The notes: a model not told the origin generated them from the letters alone. 20,000 bases of DNA from an uncultured virus (IMG/VR IMGVR_UViG_3300006919_000002) (IMGVR_UViG_3300006919_000002); one strand, 5' to 3'. Shown: positions 1-8,600, counted from the stretch's first letter. Numbers and translations: made by a program.

Positions 1-126
1 CGCCATTACAAGCCTGAGTCTTCCTTTACTCAAGATGATGCGTGGGATTTATTTTTTAACATGCTTGATGCTGGCTACGTCCCATATTCTGGTGTATCAT
101 TGCCTCAGTTCTCCAAGAAGAGCTAG
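1..126 (+). CDS. 3' end of a hypothetical phage protein (partial; RHYKPESSFTQDDAWDLFFNMLDAGYVPYSGVSLPQFSKKS*)
   Basis: Frame 1 is open from the window edge to TAG at 124-126 (manual translation); same strand as the downstream genes. Confidence 0.6.
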   Translation, partial: RHYKPESSFTQDDAWDLFFNMLDAGYVPYSGVSLPQFSKKS

Positions 127-148
127 CCCTTCTGATCCCCGAGGGTGC

Positions 149-176
149 CGTCCTGAGCATGACGCTAAACTGCTCA
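149..176 (+). ncRNA. candidate compact H-type pseudoknot RNA element in an intergenic region
   Basis: CGTC(149-152) pairs with GACG(161-164); loop TGAGCA(154-159) pairs with TGCTCA(171-176); linker CTAAAC. Confidence 0.5.
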
Positions 177-201
177 CCTACTCACTCAAACATTTCTAAT
201 T

Positions 202-321
202 ATGATTGAATCCATTCTTGCAACTGTTCTTCCTATTGTTAAGGACATTTTGATTACGGCTGCTGTAGCGATTGCTGCATATGCAATGAATGCTATTCAA
301 CAAAAGTTTCAAATGATTTGA
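202..321 (+). CDS. small hydrophobic membrane protein, 39 aa (MIESILATVLPIVKDILITAAVAIAAYAMNAIQQKFQMI)
   Basis: Manual translation from ATG202 to TGA321; hydrophobic stretch; fills the gap and is followed by a terminator. Confidence 0.65.
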   Translation: MIESILATVLPIVKDILITAAVAIAAYAMNAIQQKFQMI

Positions 322-331
322 TTGTTTGTTT

Positions 332-361
332 AAAGTGTAGCCTGTAGGCTACACTTTTTTT
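332..361 (+). terminator. rho-independent terminator
   Basis: AAAGTGTAGCC-TGTA-GGCTACACTTT perfect stem running into a T tract. Confidence 0.8.
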
Positions 362-381
362 ATTTCACTCTACTAAAGCAA

Positions 382-777
382 ATGTCTTACAAAGCAAATG
401 TCGAATTCAAGTTTGATTCTTCTTACGAACATACTTATGGTCCTGAAATTCCCGACGATTATTTTCTTCCAGAAGAGCATTTCACCATAAAAGCACCTGC
501 TGCTGATCTTAACATTCAACAATATTTTAAATTGTTTGAAAAATTTATGTTAGGAATAGGTATGTCTCCCAGTAATATTCGATTAGGTGCTTTGTCTTTG
601 GTTTTTAGTGATTGGGTTAACAAAGGAGAGCAAGTTAAAGCCTGTAAAGAATATGATCTAACTATGAATGAAGACTTGCCTGATAAATTTAAACAATGGA
701 AAAAAGATGAAGAAGAGAGGATCAACTTAAGGCCTGTCGAAGATACTGTAGTTGATGGATGTTTCAACAATGACTGA
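382..777 (+). CDS. hypothetical phage protein
   Basis: 131-aa ORF with protein-like composition; TTCACTCTAC leader motif upstream. Confidence 0.8.
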   Translation: MSYKANVEFKFDSSYEHTYGPEIPDDYFLPEEHFTIKAPAADLNIQQYFKLFEKFMLGIGMSPSNIRLGALSLVFSDWVNKGEQVKACKEYDLTMNEDLPDKFKQWKKDEEERINLRPVEDTVVDGCFNND

Positions 778-931
778 ATACAAACAACAACTCTATGATG
801 TCATTGCTGATTGGTGGGATGAAGTATTTTCTCGCCCACGAAAGTTAGACAAGAATGATACCATCATAGATCTTGTTGAATCTATCATGGCATTACAAGC
901 ACTAGACAATCTGAAGAGTAAAAAAAGATAA
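770..931 (+). CDS. hypothetical protein, 53 aa (MTEYKQQLYDVIADWWDEVF...LKSKKR)
   Basis: Manual translation; ATG overlaps the upstream stop (ATGACTGA); fills the gap. Confidence 0.7.
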   Translation: MTEYKQQLYDVIADWWDEVFSRPRKLDKNDTIIDLVESIMALQALDNLKSKKR

Positions 932-944
932 GGAATGCTTTTAT

Positions 945-992
945 TTCACTCTACCCTTCACTCTACCCTTCACTCTACCCTTCACTCTAACC
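945..992 (+). repeat. 12-bp tandem repeat, TTCACTCTACCC x3 plus TTCACTCTAACC, abutting ATG993
   Basis: Units at 945, 957, 969 and 981 read directly. Confidence 0.95.
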
Positions 993-1694
993 ATGACTCA
1001 AGTTACTTCTGTTAACTTAGATGAGTTAAACATCATTGATTTATACAAGCATCATGCTGCCTTGGAGCACTCTCTTCCTTTGCTCACTGATGAATCTCGG
1101 CCAATGCTCCAGGCTGAACTGGAAGCTTGCCTTGAAACAAGATCAGAAAAAGTAGATCGCTTGTACTATGTCATGTCTAGTCATGAGCGTGACCTAGAGC
1201 AAATCAAAAAAGAAAAGGAAATGTTAGTAGCTGCACAAAAGCATGCTGAGTCTCAGATTAAACGCTGCAAACAGCTGCTAATATATCTACGAACGTTCTT
1301 GCCCAAAGACACCAATCACATTACGGGCAAGAATTATCAGTTCACAATTGTTCGTAATCCTAAATTAACAATTGAAATCGAATCGGATCCGCTCCTTTGG
1401 TCAGTTGAAGACCAACTTAAATTCTGCGCCATCGAAGAAGTTACCATTTCAAAGCGAACCGTGTTACGTTCAATGGAAGGAACAATCATCAATGATGATG
1501 AAGGTTCAGTCAAAACAAAAACAACTACAATCCCAAACCTCAATGCAATCGAATTTGCCTATCAATCAAGTCAACCCCTACCCCAAGGGGTTAACGTCAG
1601 ACAACAATATTCAGTCCGAACAAAACGAATTGTCTCACGGGACCTGGATATTCAAGCATCCGAATCTACATGTCTCGTTCTTCCAGAAGGTTGA
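993..1694 (+). CDS. Siphovirus Gp157-family (Gam-like coiled-coil) protein
   Basis: EKVDRLYYV..LEQIKKEKEML..ESQIKRCKQLL coiled coil, GKNYQFTIVRNP and PNLNAI..LPQGVNVRQQYSVR match the Gp157 layout as I recall it. Confidence 0.7.
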   Translation: MTQVTSVNLDELNIIDLYKHHAALEHSLPLLTDESRPMLQAELEACLETRSEKVDRLYYVMSSHERDLEQIKKEKEMLVAAQKHAESQIKRCKQLLIYLRTFLPKDTNHITGKNYQFTIVRNPKLTIEIESDPLLWSVEDQLKFCAIEEVTISKRTVLRSMEGTIINDDEGSVKTKTTTIPNLNAIEFAYQSSQPLPQGVNVRQQYSVRTKRIVSRDLDIQASESTCLVLPEG

Positions 1695-1977
1695 TCCTCC
1701 TGTTAACCTCAAGGATGCCCAAATTAAAATGCATTGCCATGTTCAAACTGTAGAGGACATTGAGCTTCAGTTAGAAATTAATAAACTTGAAATTGAATTA
1801 ACAGAAAAAGAATTAGAAGAAACAACTGACGACAAAATGACTGCGTACTTAGAAGATAAACTTGCAAAATTAGAAGAACATCGCTTACGTTTATACTGGG
1901 GCAAAAAACATCATGTCAATGCTCGCAATGCTTATTGGTATTATTTAGTTCAAGCAAACGAAGATTTAAACATTTAA
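1630..1977 (+). CDS. hypothetical coiled-coil protein (start uncertain: TTG1630 or ATG1729)
   Basis: The 3' part of ORF 1372-1977 is protein-like; the 5' part is a shadow frame of Gp157. Confidence 0.65.
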   Translation: MSHGTWIFKHPNLHVSFFQKVDPPVNLKDAQIKMHCHVQTVEDIELQLEINKLEIELTEKELEETTDDKMTAYLEDKLAKLEEHRLRLYWGKKHHVNARNAYWYYLVQANEDLNI

Positions 1978-2011
1978 TATAAAGTATTGATATTTAACTA
2001 TCAGGAGTCTC

Positions 2012-2266
2012 ATGTCTGACGAAAAGCTTACTCAATTATTTAGTAGGTTTAGTGGAGATGGGACTCCGTTACCTGCAATAGTTGGTAACAAATTAGAGTG
2101 GGGTGTCACTATTCTTACTTCAGCAATGCTTGCCAATGAAAACCTTGCTAGTCAAATGACGGCAGAAGAAATGGTTGACGCTGCGATTAACTATTACAAT
2201 GTTATTCAAGAACGGTTGGGGTACTATACACAAAACCAAACACATTCACTAGAAAAGCTTTTGTAA
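2012..2266 (+). CDS. hypothetical protein
   Basis: 84-aa ORF with an AGGAG Shine-Dalgarno upstream. Confidence 0.8.
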   Translation: MSDEKLTQLFSRFSGDGTPLPAIVGNKLEWGVTILTSAMLANENLASQMTAEEMVDAAINYYNVIQERLGYYTQNQTHSLEKLL

Positions 2267-2295
2267 ATTAGAATAATAAAAAATTAAAAACAAAG

Positions 2296-2634
2296 ATGAC
2301 TTTACTTAAGGGTAATCCCAACAAGCGTGGTTTTTATCAAACATACGATACTTTAACAGCGCCAGCTGCTGGCAGTAGTATTGATGTTCATGTTTATGCA
2401 CCTTCTACCTATTCTTTAGTTACGACTGTTGCTTCTATTGATACTAATGTATTTGTTCGGCTTCAAGGTTCAATGGATAATATTAACTGGGCAACTATTA
2501 CAAGTGAAACCATTACTGTAAATGGCACTCATCAATCAACAGGAACTGGTGCTTTTAAATACGTTAAACCCGAGTTTATTAGTGAAACAGGCGGAATAAA
2601 TGCAACTGTTACATTTGGTGTTGGTGTTGTTTAA
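2296..2634 (+). CDS. beta-rich small protein, possibly virion-associated
   Basis: T/G/V-rich composition; VRLQGSMDNINW motif typical of phage beta-sandwich proteins. Confidence 0.7.
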   Translation: MTLLKGNPNKRGFYQTYDTLTAPAAGSSIDVHVYAPSTYSLVTTVASIDTNVFVRLQGSMDNINWATITSETITVNGTHQSTGTGAFKYVKPEFISETGGINATVTFGVGVV

Positions 2635-2668
2635 TTTGGTTTATAATTAAACCATCTTAAAAACTTTG

Positions 2669-2857
2669 ATGGACAAGTTAACTGTTTCCTTTGCAGTCGA
2701 TTTAGAGCTTGACTATAATTCATTTACTGGTAAAACTCCAGACGACATAGCTTATTCTCTCCAGGATGAGCTTGATGATTTGCTTTTTGAAGCTAGTCAA
2801 AATGTTGTTGGTGTGTTTACTTCTATTACCTATATTGAGCAAACTGATGCCGAATGA
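2669..2857 (+). CDS. hypothetical acidic protein
   Basis: ORF track; ATG2669 lies 21 nt after TATAAT. Confidence 0.7.
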   Translation: MDKLTVSFAVDLELDYNSFTGKTPDDIAYSLQDELDDLLFEASQNVVGVFTSITYIEQTDAE

Positions 2858-3074
2858 TTTGACAGGCTGGAATGTTAAAGAAGAACAGCAGAAAGCTGAC
2901 TTCCTTGAATATGTTTATCATTGTTACAAACCAGGTAATGGTTTATACACTGGACTCTGGAAGCGTTTTTGTTTAGAAGAGGCAGGTCTTTATTGTCGCA
3001 ATATGTATTTTGAAAGGATTGAGGGATTACAAAAATTTATTGAAGGACAAGAAAAGCAAGCAAAAGAGAGCTAG
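2847..3074 (+). CDS. hypothetical protein (MPNDLTGWNV...)
   Basis: In-frame ATG2847 overlaps the upstream stop; the longer ORF start is probably shadow. Confidence 0.7.
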   Translation: MPNDLTGWNVKEEQQKADFLEYVYHCYKPGNGLYTGLWKRFCLEEAGLYCRNMYFERIEGLQKFIEGQEKQAKES

Positions 3075-3099
3075 CGTAACCTTGTGACAACTTCACTCA

Positions 3100-3411
3100 A
3101 TGACTTTCAAAAATTCTCAAGACTCTGACTGGTACACAGAAGAACATGACATCAATTCTTCAGCTAACCTTCCTTATGAAGTAGTTGAATTAAATGATCC
3201 AATCAGAGAAAAAATTAATGAAGAAAAAGAACAACTTAATCAAGCGCTTAAACAACAGCTTGTTGAGTATTTTTCTGATTGTTTTACCAGTACCCTTTCT
3301 CCTGAGGACATTGTTGATTGCCTCCGTTCCTCCTGTAGTTCCTCCCTTGATTACGCCAAATCTGAATACGAAAAATATTCTTTTATTGCTAAACAACTGG
3401 GAATAGAATAA
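3100..3411 (+). CDS. hypothetical protein
   Basis: 103-aa ORF; TTCACTC immediately upstream. Confidence 0.75.
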   Translation: MTFKNSQDSDWYTEEHDINSSANLPYEVVELNDPIREKINEEKEQLNQALKQQLVEYFSDCFTSTLSPEDIVDCLRSSCSSSLDYAKSEYEKYSFIAKQLGIE

Positions 3412-3432
3412 ATAAAGTTATATATTAAAGAA

Positions 3433-4713
3433 GTGGCTAATGCTTTTGATCACGGTGGTTGTATTTATACTGTTCGTAAAGTTGAAACAATTAGTGGTCG
3501 CCCACTAGAAGTTACTACTTCTCCTCTTACAACTGCTGTAGATGCCTTTGGTCGTCAAAGAGTATCTACAGTTTTTACTTTATTTGATTCTAAACATCGT
3601 TATTACGACAACGGGTCATGGGTAACGACCACTGGTGGTAGTGCAACTACTGCTTTTAATTCCAGTGGAGGTTTGATAGATTTAAATGTAACGACCGCAT
3701 CAGGCGATAAAATTATTCGTGAAACAAAAAAAGTATTTTCTTACCAGCCTGGTAAGTCTTTGCTCTCCCTAAATACTTTTGTTTTTAACTCTGGTGTTGC
3801 TAATAGACGACAGCGAGTTGGATACTTTAGTGTAGATAATGGTATTTATTTTGAACAAAGTGGTATTAGTGGCGTATCAATTGTTAAGCGCGATTCAGTT
3901 ACAGGTGATGTAAGAAATACAATTGTTAATCAAGAAGATTGGAATATTGATCCTCTTGATGGAACAGGTCGTTCTTCTATTACTTTGGATCCCACCAAGG
4001 CTCAGGTCTTTTGGTCTGATATGGAATGGCTAGGTGTTGGTACTGTTAGAGTTGGTTTTATTATTGATGGTAAAAAAATTCATTGTCATTCTTTTCAGAA
4101 TGCAAATCAAATTGAATCAACCTACATGACTACGGCATCATTGCCTATTCGTTATGAGATTGAAAACTTAGATACTACAACTGTAACTGGACAGATGAAA
4201 CAAATCTGTTCTACTGTAATTTCAGAAGGTGGATATCAATTACAAGGTCAATCAAAAGCAATTGGTTTACATCCATCTCAACCAAAAGATTTGCCAACGA
4301 CGGGTGATCTTCATTCTATTATCTCATTGCGTCTTAAATCTGCTAGACCAGATGCTGTTGTAGTACTTAATCATTTATCTCTTGCTGGTATTACCAACAA
4401 CGTAAACTATCGTTATCATATTGAAAGAGCTGGTACTTCTCTTGGTGGTACTTGGGTATCTGCTGGTGATGATTCTTCTGTTGAATACAACATCACTGCA
4501 ACTGGATACACAGAAGGTGAAAATTTATTAGAAGGCTATGCAGCTGGTTCCAACCAGGGAAATGTTGTAGTTGATATTCCACAAAGTGAAGTCTTTAAAT
4601 ATCAGTTATGCAGAAATTCAGAAGCTGGTACAATGTATGAATTAACTCTTGCAGCAGAATCAGATACTGCTGGTGCTGATATACTAGCTACAATTACTTG
4701 GGAGGAAGTTTGA
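3433..4713 (+). CDS. probable virion structural protein of a type common in cyanophages
   Basis: DAFGRQRVS-TLFDSKHRY, FSYQPGKS, EWLGVGTVRVG and QICSTVISEGG motifs; GTG start; T/G/S-rich. Confidence 0.7.
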   Translation: MANAFDHGGCIYTVRKVETISGRPLEVTTSPLTTAVDAFGRQRVSTVFTLFDSKHRYYDNGSWVTTTGGSATTAFNSSGGLIDLNVTTASGDKIIRETKKVFSYQPGKSLLSLNTFVFNSGVANRRQRVGYFSVDNGIYFEQSGISGVSIVKRDSVTGDVRNTIVNQEDWNIDPLDGTGRSSITLDPTKAQVFWSDMEWLGVGTVRVGFIIDGKKIHCHSFQNANQIESTYMTTASLPIRYEIENLDTTTVTGQMKQICSTVISEGGYQLQGQSKAIGLHPSQPKDLPTTGDLHSIISLRLKSARPDAVVVLNHLSLAGITNNVNYRYHIERAGTSLGGTWVSAGDDSSVEYNITATGYTEGENLLEGYAAGSNQGNVVVDIPQSEVFKYQLCRNSEAGTMYELTLAAESDTAGADILATITWEEV

Positions 4714-5219
4714 TGTACACACCTTATACAGAATCACCGGAAGAACAAACACCTGAACCTAAGAAGAAAGAAACTAATATTAATAATTTTATTAGAGATC
4801 TGATTAAACTCTCTGCTTATGTTCACCAGCTTCAGGTTCAATCTCATCTGATGCATTTTAATTATGAAGCTGGTAACTTCTTGGGTGTGCATGCGTTCCT
4901 TAAAGACCAATACGAAGCACATACAGAACAATTTGATAAGCTAGGAGAATTTATTCGCTCCATGGATTACCTTATGCCTATATGCCATGAAGGTTTGATG
5001 GATGCTTCTCCTAAATTTAACCATGTAAAAAGTTATAAGCCCAACGATATGTTGGGCGTTTACTATAAAAACTTAGAAGACCTTGGCATGATGACCAAAA
5101 AGTTGGAACAGCAAGCTGCTAAAGTTAAAGCAATTGATGTTCAAAACTACATGGCTGAGCTTTGTGGTGAAGCATTTAAAGCTGCTTGGTTTATTAAAGC
5201 TATGCTTCGTAGTGAATAA
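4713..5219 (+). CDS. dps: Dps-family ferritin-like DNA protection protein
   Basis: HLMHFNYEAGNFLGVHAFLKDQYE..FDKLGEFIR matches the Dps HWN..H..QYE..D..AER ferroxidase signature; C-terminal KAAWFI; TGATG coupling at 4711-4715. Confidence 0.85.
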   Translation: MYTPYTESPEEQTPEPKKKETNINNFIRDLIKLSAYVHQLQVQSHLMHFNYEAGNFLGVHAFLKDQYEAHTEQFDKLGEFIRSMDYLMPICHEGLMDASPKFNHVKSYKPNDMLGVYYKNLEDLGMMTKKLEQQAAKVKAIDVQNYMAELCGEAFKAAWFIKAMLRSE

Positions 5220-5454
5220 TTCTATGACAGTTGCAACACAAAGGAATACATTTCTGAATTTCATTTAATATAGTCTGCCAGCTATAACCTTTGGCTGGCA
5301 TTCTTGAAACAGTATATTTTTTATCGTTTAAATGATGAAACTCCAAGACTCTATGATCTTGGAGTCCACAATGACTGCATGATAAGTTTTTCTTATACTC
5401 TAATAGTTTATTCTTTGTTTTCTTGTATTTCTTTTCTGTTTTCTCTAAACACAT
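5200..5454 (-). CDS. small HNH endonuclease
   Basis: CSHCG..LEFHH..KCIPLCCNCHRIIH zinc-binding HNH pattern. Confidence 0.8.
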   Translation of the reverse strand: MCLEKTEKKYKKTKNKLLEYKKNLSCSHCGLQDHRVLEFHHLNDKKYTVSRMPAKGYSWQTILNEIQKCIPLCCNCHRIIHYEA

Positions 5455-5581
5455 GTTCTAATGGATCTCTTTTAGTTTCAATAATAGAGCAAGCTCTTTT
5501 ATAAAACATGCAATCTGTTTTATTTGCTTCCTCCAGGGCTATCTTGATCTTTTTCCAATTGTCGAATGTGTGTTGATCCAT
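5408..5581 (-). CDS. small hypothetical protein typical of cyanophages (MDQHTFDNWKKIKIALEEANKTDCMFYKRA)
   Basis: ATG at 5581; sequence pattern recalled from cyanophage hypotheticals. Confidence 0.7.
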   Translation of the reverse strand: MDQHTFDNWKKIKIALEEANKTDCMFYKRACSIIETKRDPLEHVFRENRKEIQENKE

Positions 5582-6245
5582 TTTCTTGTGGAGTCCTCCA
5601 AAAGTAGTCGTCTGTTTCACCGAGCCGACCCCATTTAGGAGCATGCTCTACATTAAAATAGCGTGTTGAAACTTTGAAATCAGGGTTCTTTAATTCATTA
5701 TGAGTAAGAGAAGGATCCAACATACGACAACGGTTGTTTGGATAAGCTCCGATTTGTCCATTTTCTAATTCAATAATGTTGTGAGATTTGTGTTCATCAG
5801 GTACTTCTGAAAAATAAAAATCAGCCTCGTTTCTATGAGGATGATAGTTATCTATTGTAAATAAATACGTTCCTTTTAATGTACCAGATGATCTGGTCAT
5901 TACTTCAAACTCCATATTATAAATTAAATTCTTTTCTACAACAGTAATTCCAGTATCGAATCCATTCCAAAACTGTAGATCCGTTAACGGGAGATCAGGA
6001 GTAGGATCCACGGGGCAGTCGGGATGGTCACTATCCCAAGCAAGAAAAGCACTAATAGGAAGTTTGTCATAAAGCGCACCATACTCAGTTAAATATGTTT
6101 CAAAATAAAGGGCACGTCCTGTCAAAGACTTACAAGTAACCCAGTATCCTGGTGTATAGTCACCATGGCCATCACGAAAATCTCTTAAATATTCTCGTCT
6201 GACCCACACTTTAATTGGAGGTACGTTTGCAATCAGAGTACTCAT
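5520..6245 (-). CDS. conserved hypothetical phage/cyanobacterial protein (MSTLIANVPPIKVWVRREYL...)
   Basis: VWVRREYL, GRALYFETYL, YDKLPISAF, YLFTID, EHKS and AYPNNR motifs; the frame is open upstream to 6359. Confidence 0.8.
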   Translation of the reverse strand: MSTLIANVPPIKVWVRREYLRDFRDGHGDYTPGYWVTCKSLTGRALYFETYLTEYGALYDKLPISAFLAWDSDHPDCPVDPTPDLPLTDLQFWNGFDTGITVVEKNLIYNMEFEVMTRSSGTLKGTYLFTIDNYHPHRNEADFYFSEVPDEHKSHNIIELENGQIGAYPNNRCRMLDPSLTHNELKNPDFKVSTRYFNVEHAPKWGRLGETDDYFWRTPQENGSTHIRQLEKDQDSPGGSK

Positions 6246-6321
6246 GTCGTCTACAAAAATAAAGTCAGGTTCAGGAATTAAATTTTCTAGGTCTTTAAAA
6301 AACTTGTCAAACCTTTCCTGT

Positions 6322-6531
6322 TCATTCGACTTCTTTGTATTCTCCTCTTCGCATTCCATCTAAATGACTCATTAGTTCATCCATAGAATCTAACTGATCT
6401 AACTTATGAACAATGTCTGAAAGAGAAACTAAAACAATCGGATGTTCTGAACGAGCCGCAAAAGCAATTGCTTCGCGCAATAACTTAGAAGCTTCGGTAA
6501 CAGAATCTTTTACTTGTGTAGATAAACTCAT
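6322..6531 (-). CDS. small hypothetical cyanophage protein (MSLSTQVKDSVTEASKLLREAIAFAARSEHP)
   Basis: ATG at 6531; LREAIAFAARSE motif. Confidence 0.75.
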   Translation of the reverse strand: MSLSTQVKDSVTEASKLLREAIAFAARSEHPIVLVSLSDIVHKLDQLDSMDELMSHLDGMRRGEYKEVE

Positions 6532-6594
6532 CTGAGACTCTTTAACCACTAACATGAATGCATACTACATGATTTATTTAATCATTGCATGGAT

Positions 6595-6705
6595 TTATTT
6601 TTTATGCTTGTGGGGAATGCCGGACTTTTTGTTCGGCCATAACAACCCTTGCATGCAATAAAAGATTGATTTAATTTTTTCGCACAATAAATTAAATTGA
6701 ATCAT
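6595..6705 (-). CDS. possible 36-aa ORF (MIQFNLLCEKIKSIFYCMQGLLWPNKKSGIPHKHKK)
   Basis: Manual translation; overlaps the methyltransferase stop and fills the gap. Confidence 0.3.
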   Translation of the reverse strand: MIQFNLLCEKIKSIFYCMQGLLWPNKKSGIPHKHKK

Positions 6706-7276
6706 CCCAAATCCAAGCAACTTGATAGCTATCTAAAAATGGTTTAATTCCTAAAGAATCCATGACTTCATAAATTAAACGGCCTTTACCAAGTCTAATG
6801 TCATTTTGAGAAATATTGTCATCAACAACAATAAGAGTACCGTTTTTTAAGCAATTGCGTACTGCAAATAATTCTTTGAGATGGTGTGCAGAAGCAGGCC
6901 AATCAAATTTCCAATTTTCAATGTTATAAGAATCTAAGTAAAGCAAGTCAATTTCACCATCAAGTGCTGAAAGAAATTCAATAGAATCAGATTCGGTAAC
7001 CTTAGCATGTTTTGTATTTTTTCTAGTTAATTCACATGCCTTGGGATCAATATCTACGCTATAAAAAAATCCACCATTGAAATCAATGTAAGAATCAAAT
7101 AAAAGTGTTGAACATCCATCACCTTCATAATTATTTTCTTCTCTATAGCAACCTGTTTCAACAATAATAGGGTTTTCAATTGTATCTAAATAATTAAAAA
7201 TTTTTTCAAATCCTTCTTTTCTATTAGCAAGGCGAGTCTTTATTGTATTGAAATACTTATTCCAAGAGTCTGCCAT
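6692..7276 (-). CDS. class I SAM-dependent methyltransferase (Methyltransf_24-like)
   Basis: IVETGC, SVDID, DSIEFL, IDLLYLDS and IVVDDN motifs. Confidence 0.8.
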   Translation of the reverse strand: MADSWNKYFNTIKTRLANRKEGFEKIFNYLDTIENPIIVETGCYREENNYEGDGCSTLLFDSYIDFNGGFFYSVDIDPKACELTRKNTKHAKVTESDSIEFLSALDGEIDLLYLDSYNIENWKFDWPASAHHLKELFAVRNCLKNGTLIVVDDNISQNDIRLGKGRLIYEVMDSLGIKPFLDSYQVAWIWDDSI

Positions 7277-7408
7277 TTATCTAACGAAATGTAGATATAA
7301 GTCTACAGCACTTACAAAAAAAATGGAGCCAAGGATAACGGCAATGGCGTTTGTAAAACCTGTCATTTTTTTAAAATCAGTTAAGATAATACTAATATAC
7401 ACACCCAA

Positions 7409-8209
7409 ATGAAAAAGCTAAAAGAATTAAATAGATCTGCTGCACGTATCACATTAAATGGTAGGCGTCATTACACAACACCACTTGCTACCGGCCCAGC
7501 TCCATCAGTTACTACAATTATTTCTGAGACAGCTTCAGAAGCAAACAAAAGAAAATTAGAGATGTGGTCTAAGGCCAACCCTGGACAAAAAGAACTAGCA
7601 GCTCATCGAGGAACTTGTATCCACTATGGAATGGAACAATATCTTAAAGGCAATAAGAATCCAGAAATTGAAACGGAGTACCAGGAATTTTGGCAGGGTA
7701 TGCCGGCTGTACTTGACCAGTTTCAAGAAGTACTATGGGCTGAGACCCCAGTTTTGGAAAAGTTCAATTTCACTATCGGTGGTGATGACGTTGCTCGTGT
7801 ATGGGGCAGTGATGACGAGGGACGTTCGTGGGCTGGCGCTCCTGATATTATTGCAGTTGCTAACAATAAACTTACTCTTGCTGACCTCAAAACATCAGTA
7901 AAACCTTATTCAAGACGTTGGCCAAAAGATGTAGAAAAAGGTTCACAAGAATGGCGTGACTTATTAGGTGGTCACATGAAGTTTAAAAAAACATGTAAAC
8001 AATTGGCAGCATACGATATCGCCATCCAACAAACGCTAGGGATCACAGTAGATCAGGCTGCAATTCTTGTTTCAACGCCATTAAGAACACAAATATTTAA
8101 AATATCAAGACGATTCTTAGACATCTTACATAAAGACTGGCTCAAGATTGTCGAAGAGTATTACAAACAAATTGAAAACTGTAATGTTTATGATCCTGAT
8201 CTAATTTAA
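7409..8209 (+). CDS. PD-(D/E)XK exonuclease (Cas4/MGME1-like phage nuclease)
   Basis: PSVTTII, RGT-IH, AGAPD, ADLKTS and QLAAY motifs. Confidence 0.85.
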   Translation: MKKLKELNRSAARITLNGRRHYTTPLATGPAPSVTTIISETASEANKRKLEMWSKANPGQKELAAHRGTCIHYGMEQYLKGNKNPEIETEYQEFWQGMPAVLDQFQEVLWAETPVLEKFNFTIGGDDVARVWGSDDEGRSWAGAPDIIAVANNKLTLADLKTSVKPYSRRWPKDVEKGSQEWRDLLGGHMKFKKTCKQLAAYDIAIQQTLGITVDQAAILVSTPLRTQIFKISRRFLDILHKDWLKIVEEYYKQIENCNVYDPDLI

Positions 8210-8378
8210 AAATGCCAAGAATAAATGCCAACTTTAGCTTTCAGCCCATAAAACAGGTTTAGATTGGCATTGCCCAAACCCCAGGTACCCCATGTTTTTT
8301 GTAAAAAAACTGAAACAAATACCTAGCTATTTTTTAAACACCTGGCTATAGGATAAAGAGATGTTTGCAATAGTCCCC

Positions 8379-8600
8379 ATGGAAATCGAAATTTCTAGTG
8401 GGGAATGGATTTGTGCTTTGTTAAAAAGAATCGAAGAAGCTTCTGATGGTTCAATTTTTTTATTGCCTTCCGAAATGCATCTTCACGCTTTCTATGTTGC
8501 ACTAGAATTATTAGCAACTAATAAAAAATTTACTACTCGACTCTTTTCTTCCCAGGAATTTCATGACCAACCAGAACCAACAAGCACTCAAGCCAGGTGA
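8379..8600 (+). CDS. hypothetical protein (MEIEISSGEW...)
   Basis: ORF track; overlaps the primase start. Confidence 0.65.
   Translation: MEIEISSGEWICALLKRIEEASDGSIFLLPSEMHLHAFYVALELLATNKKFTTRLFSSQEFHDQPEPTSTQAR

Noticed and set aside
132..175. Hammerhead ribozyme (CTGA...AAAC)
   Set aside because: Lacks the CUGANGA and GAAA core spacing and three flanking stems
1372..1629. N-terminal part of ORF 1372-1977
   Set aside because: Q/S/N-rich shadow frame of Gp157
7409..8209. Cas4 of a CRISPR system
   Set aside because: No four-Cys Fe-S cluster pattern; stand-alone phage exonuclease in a replication context
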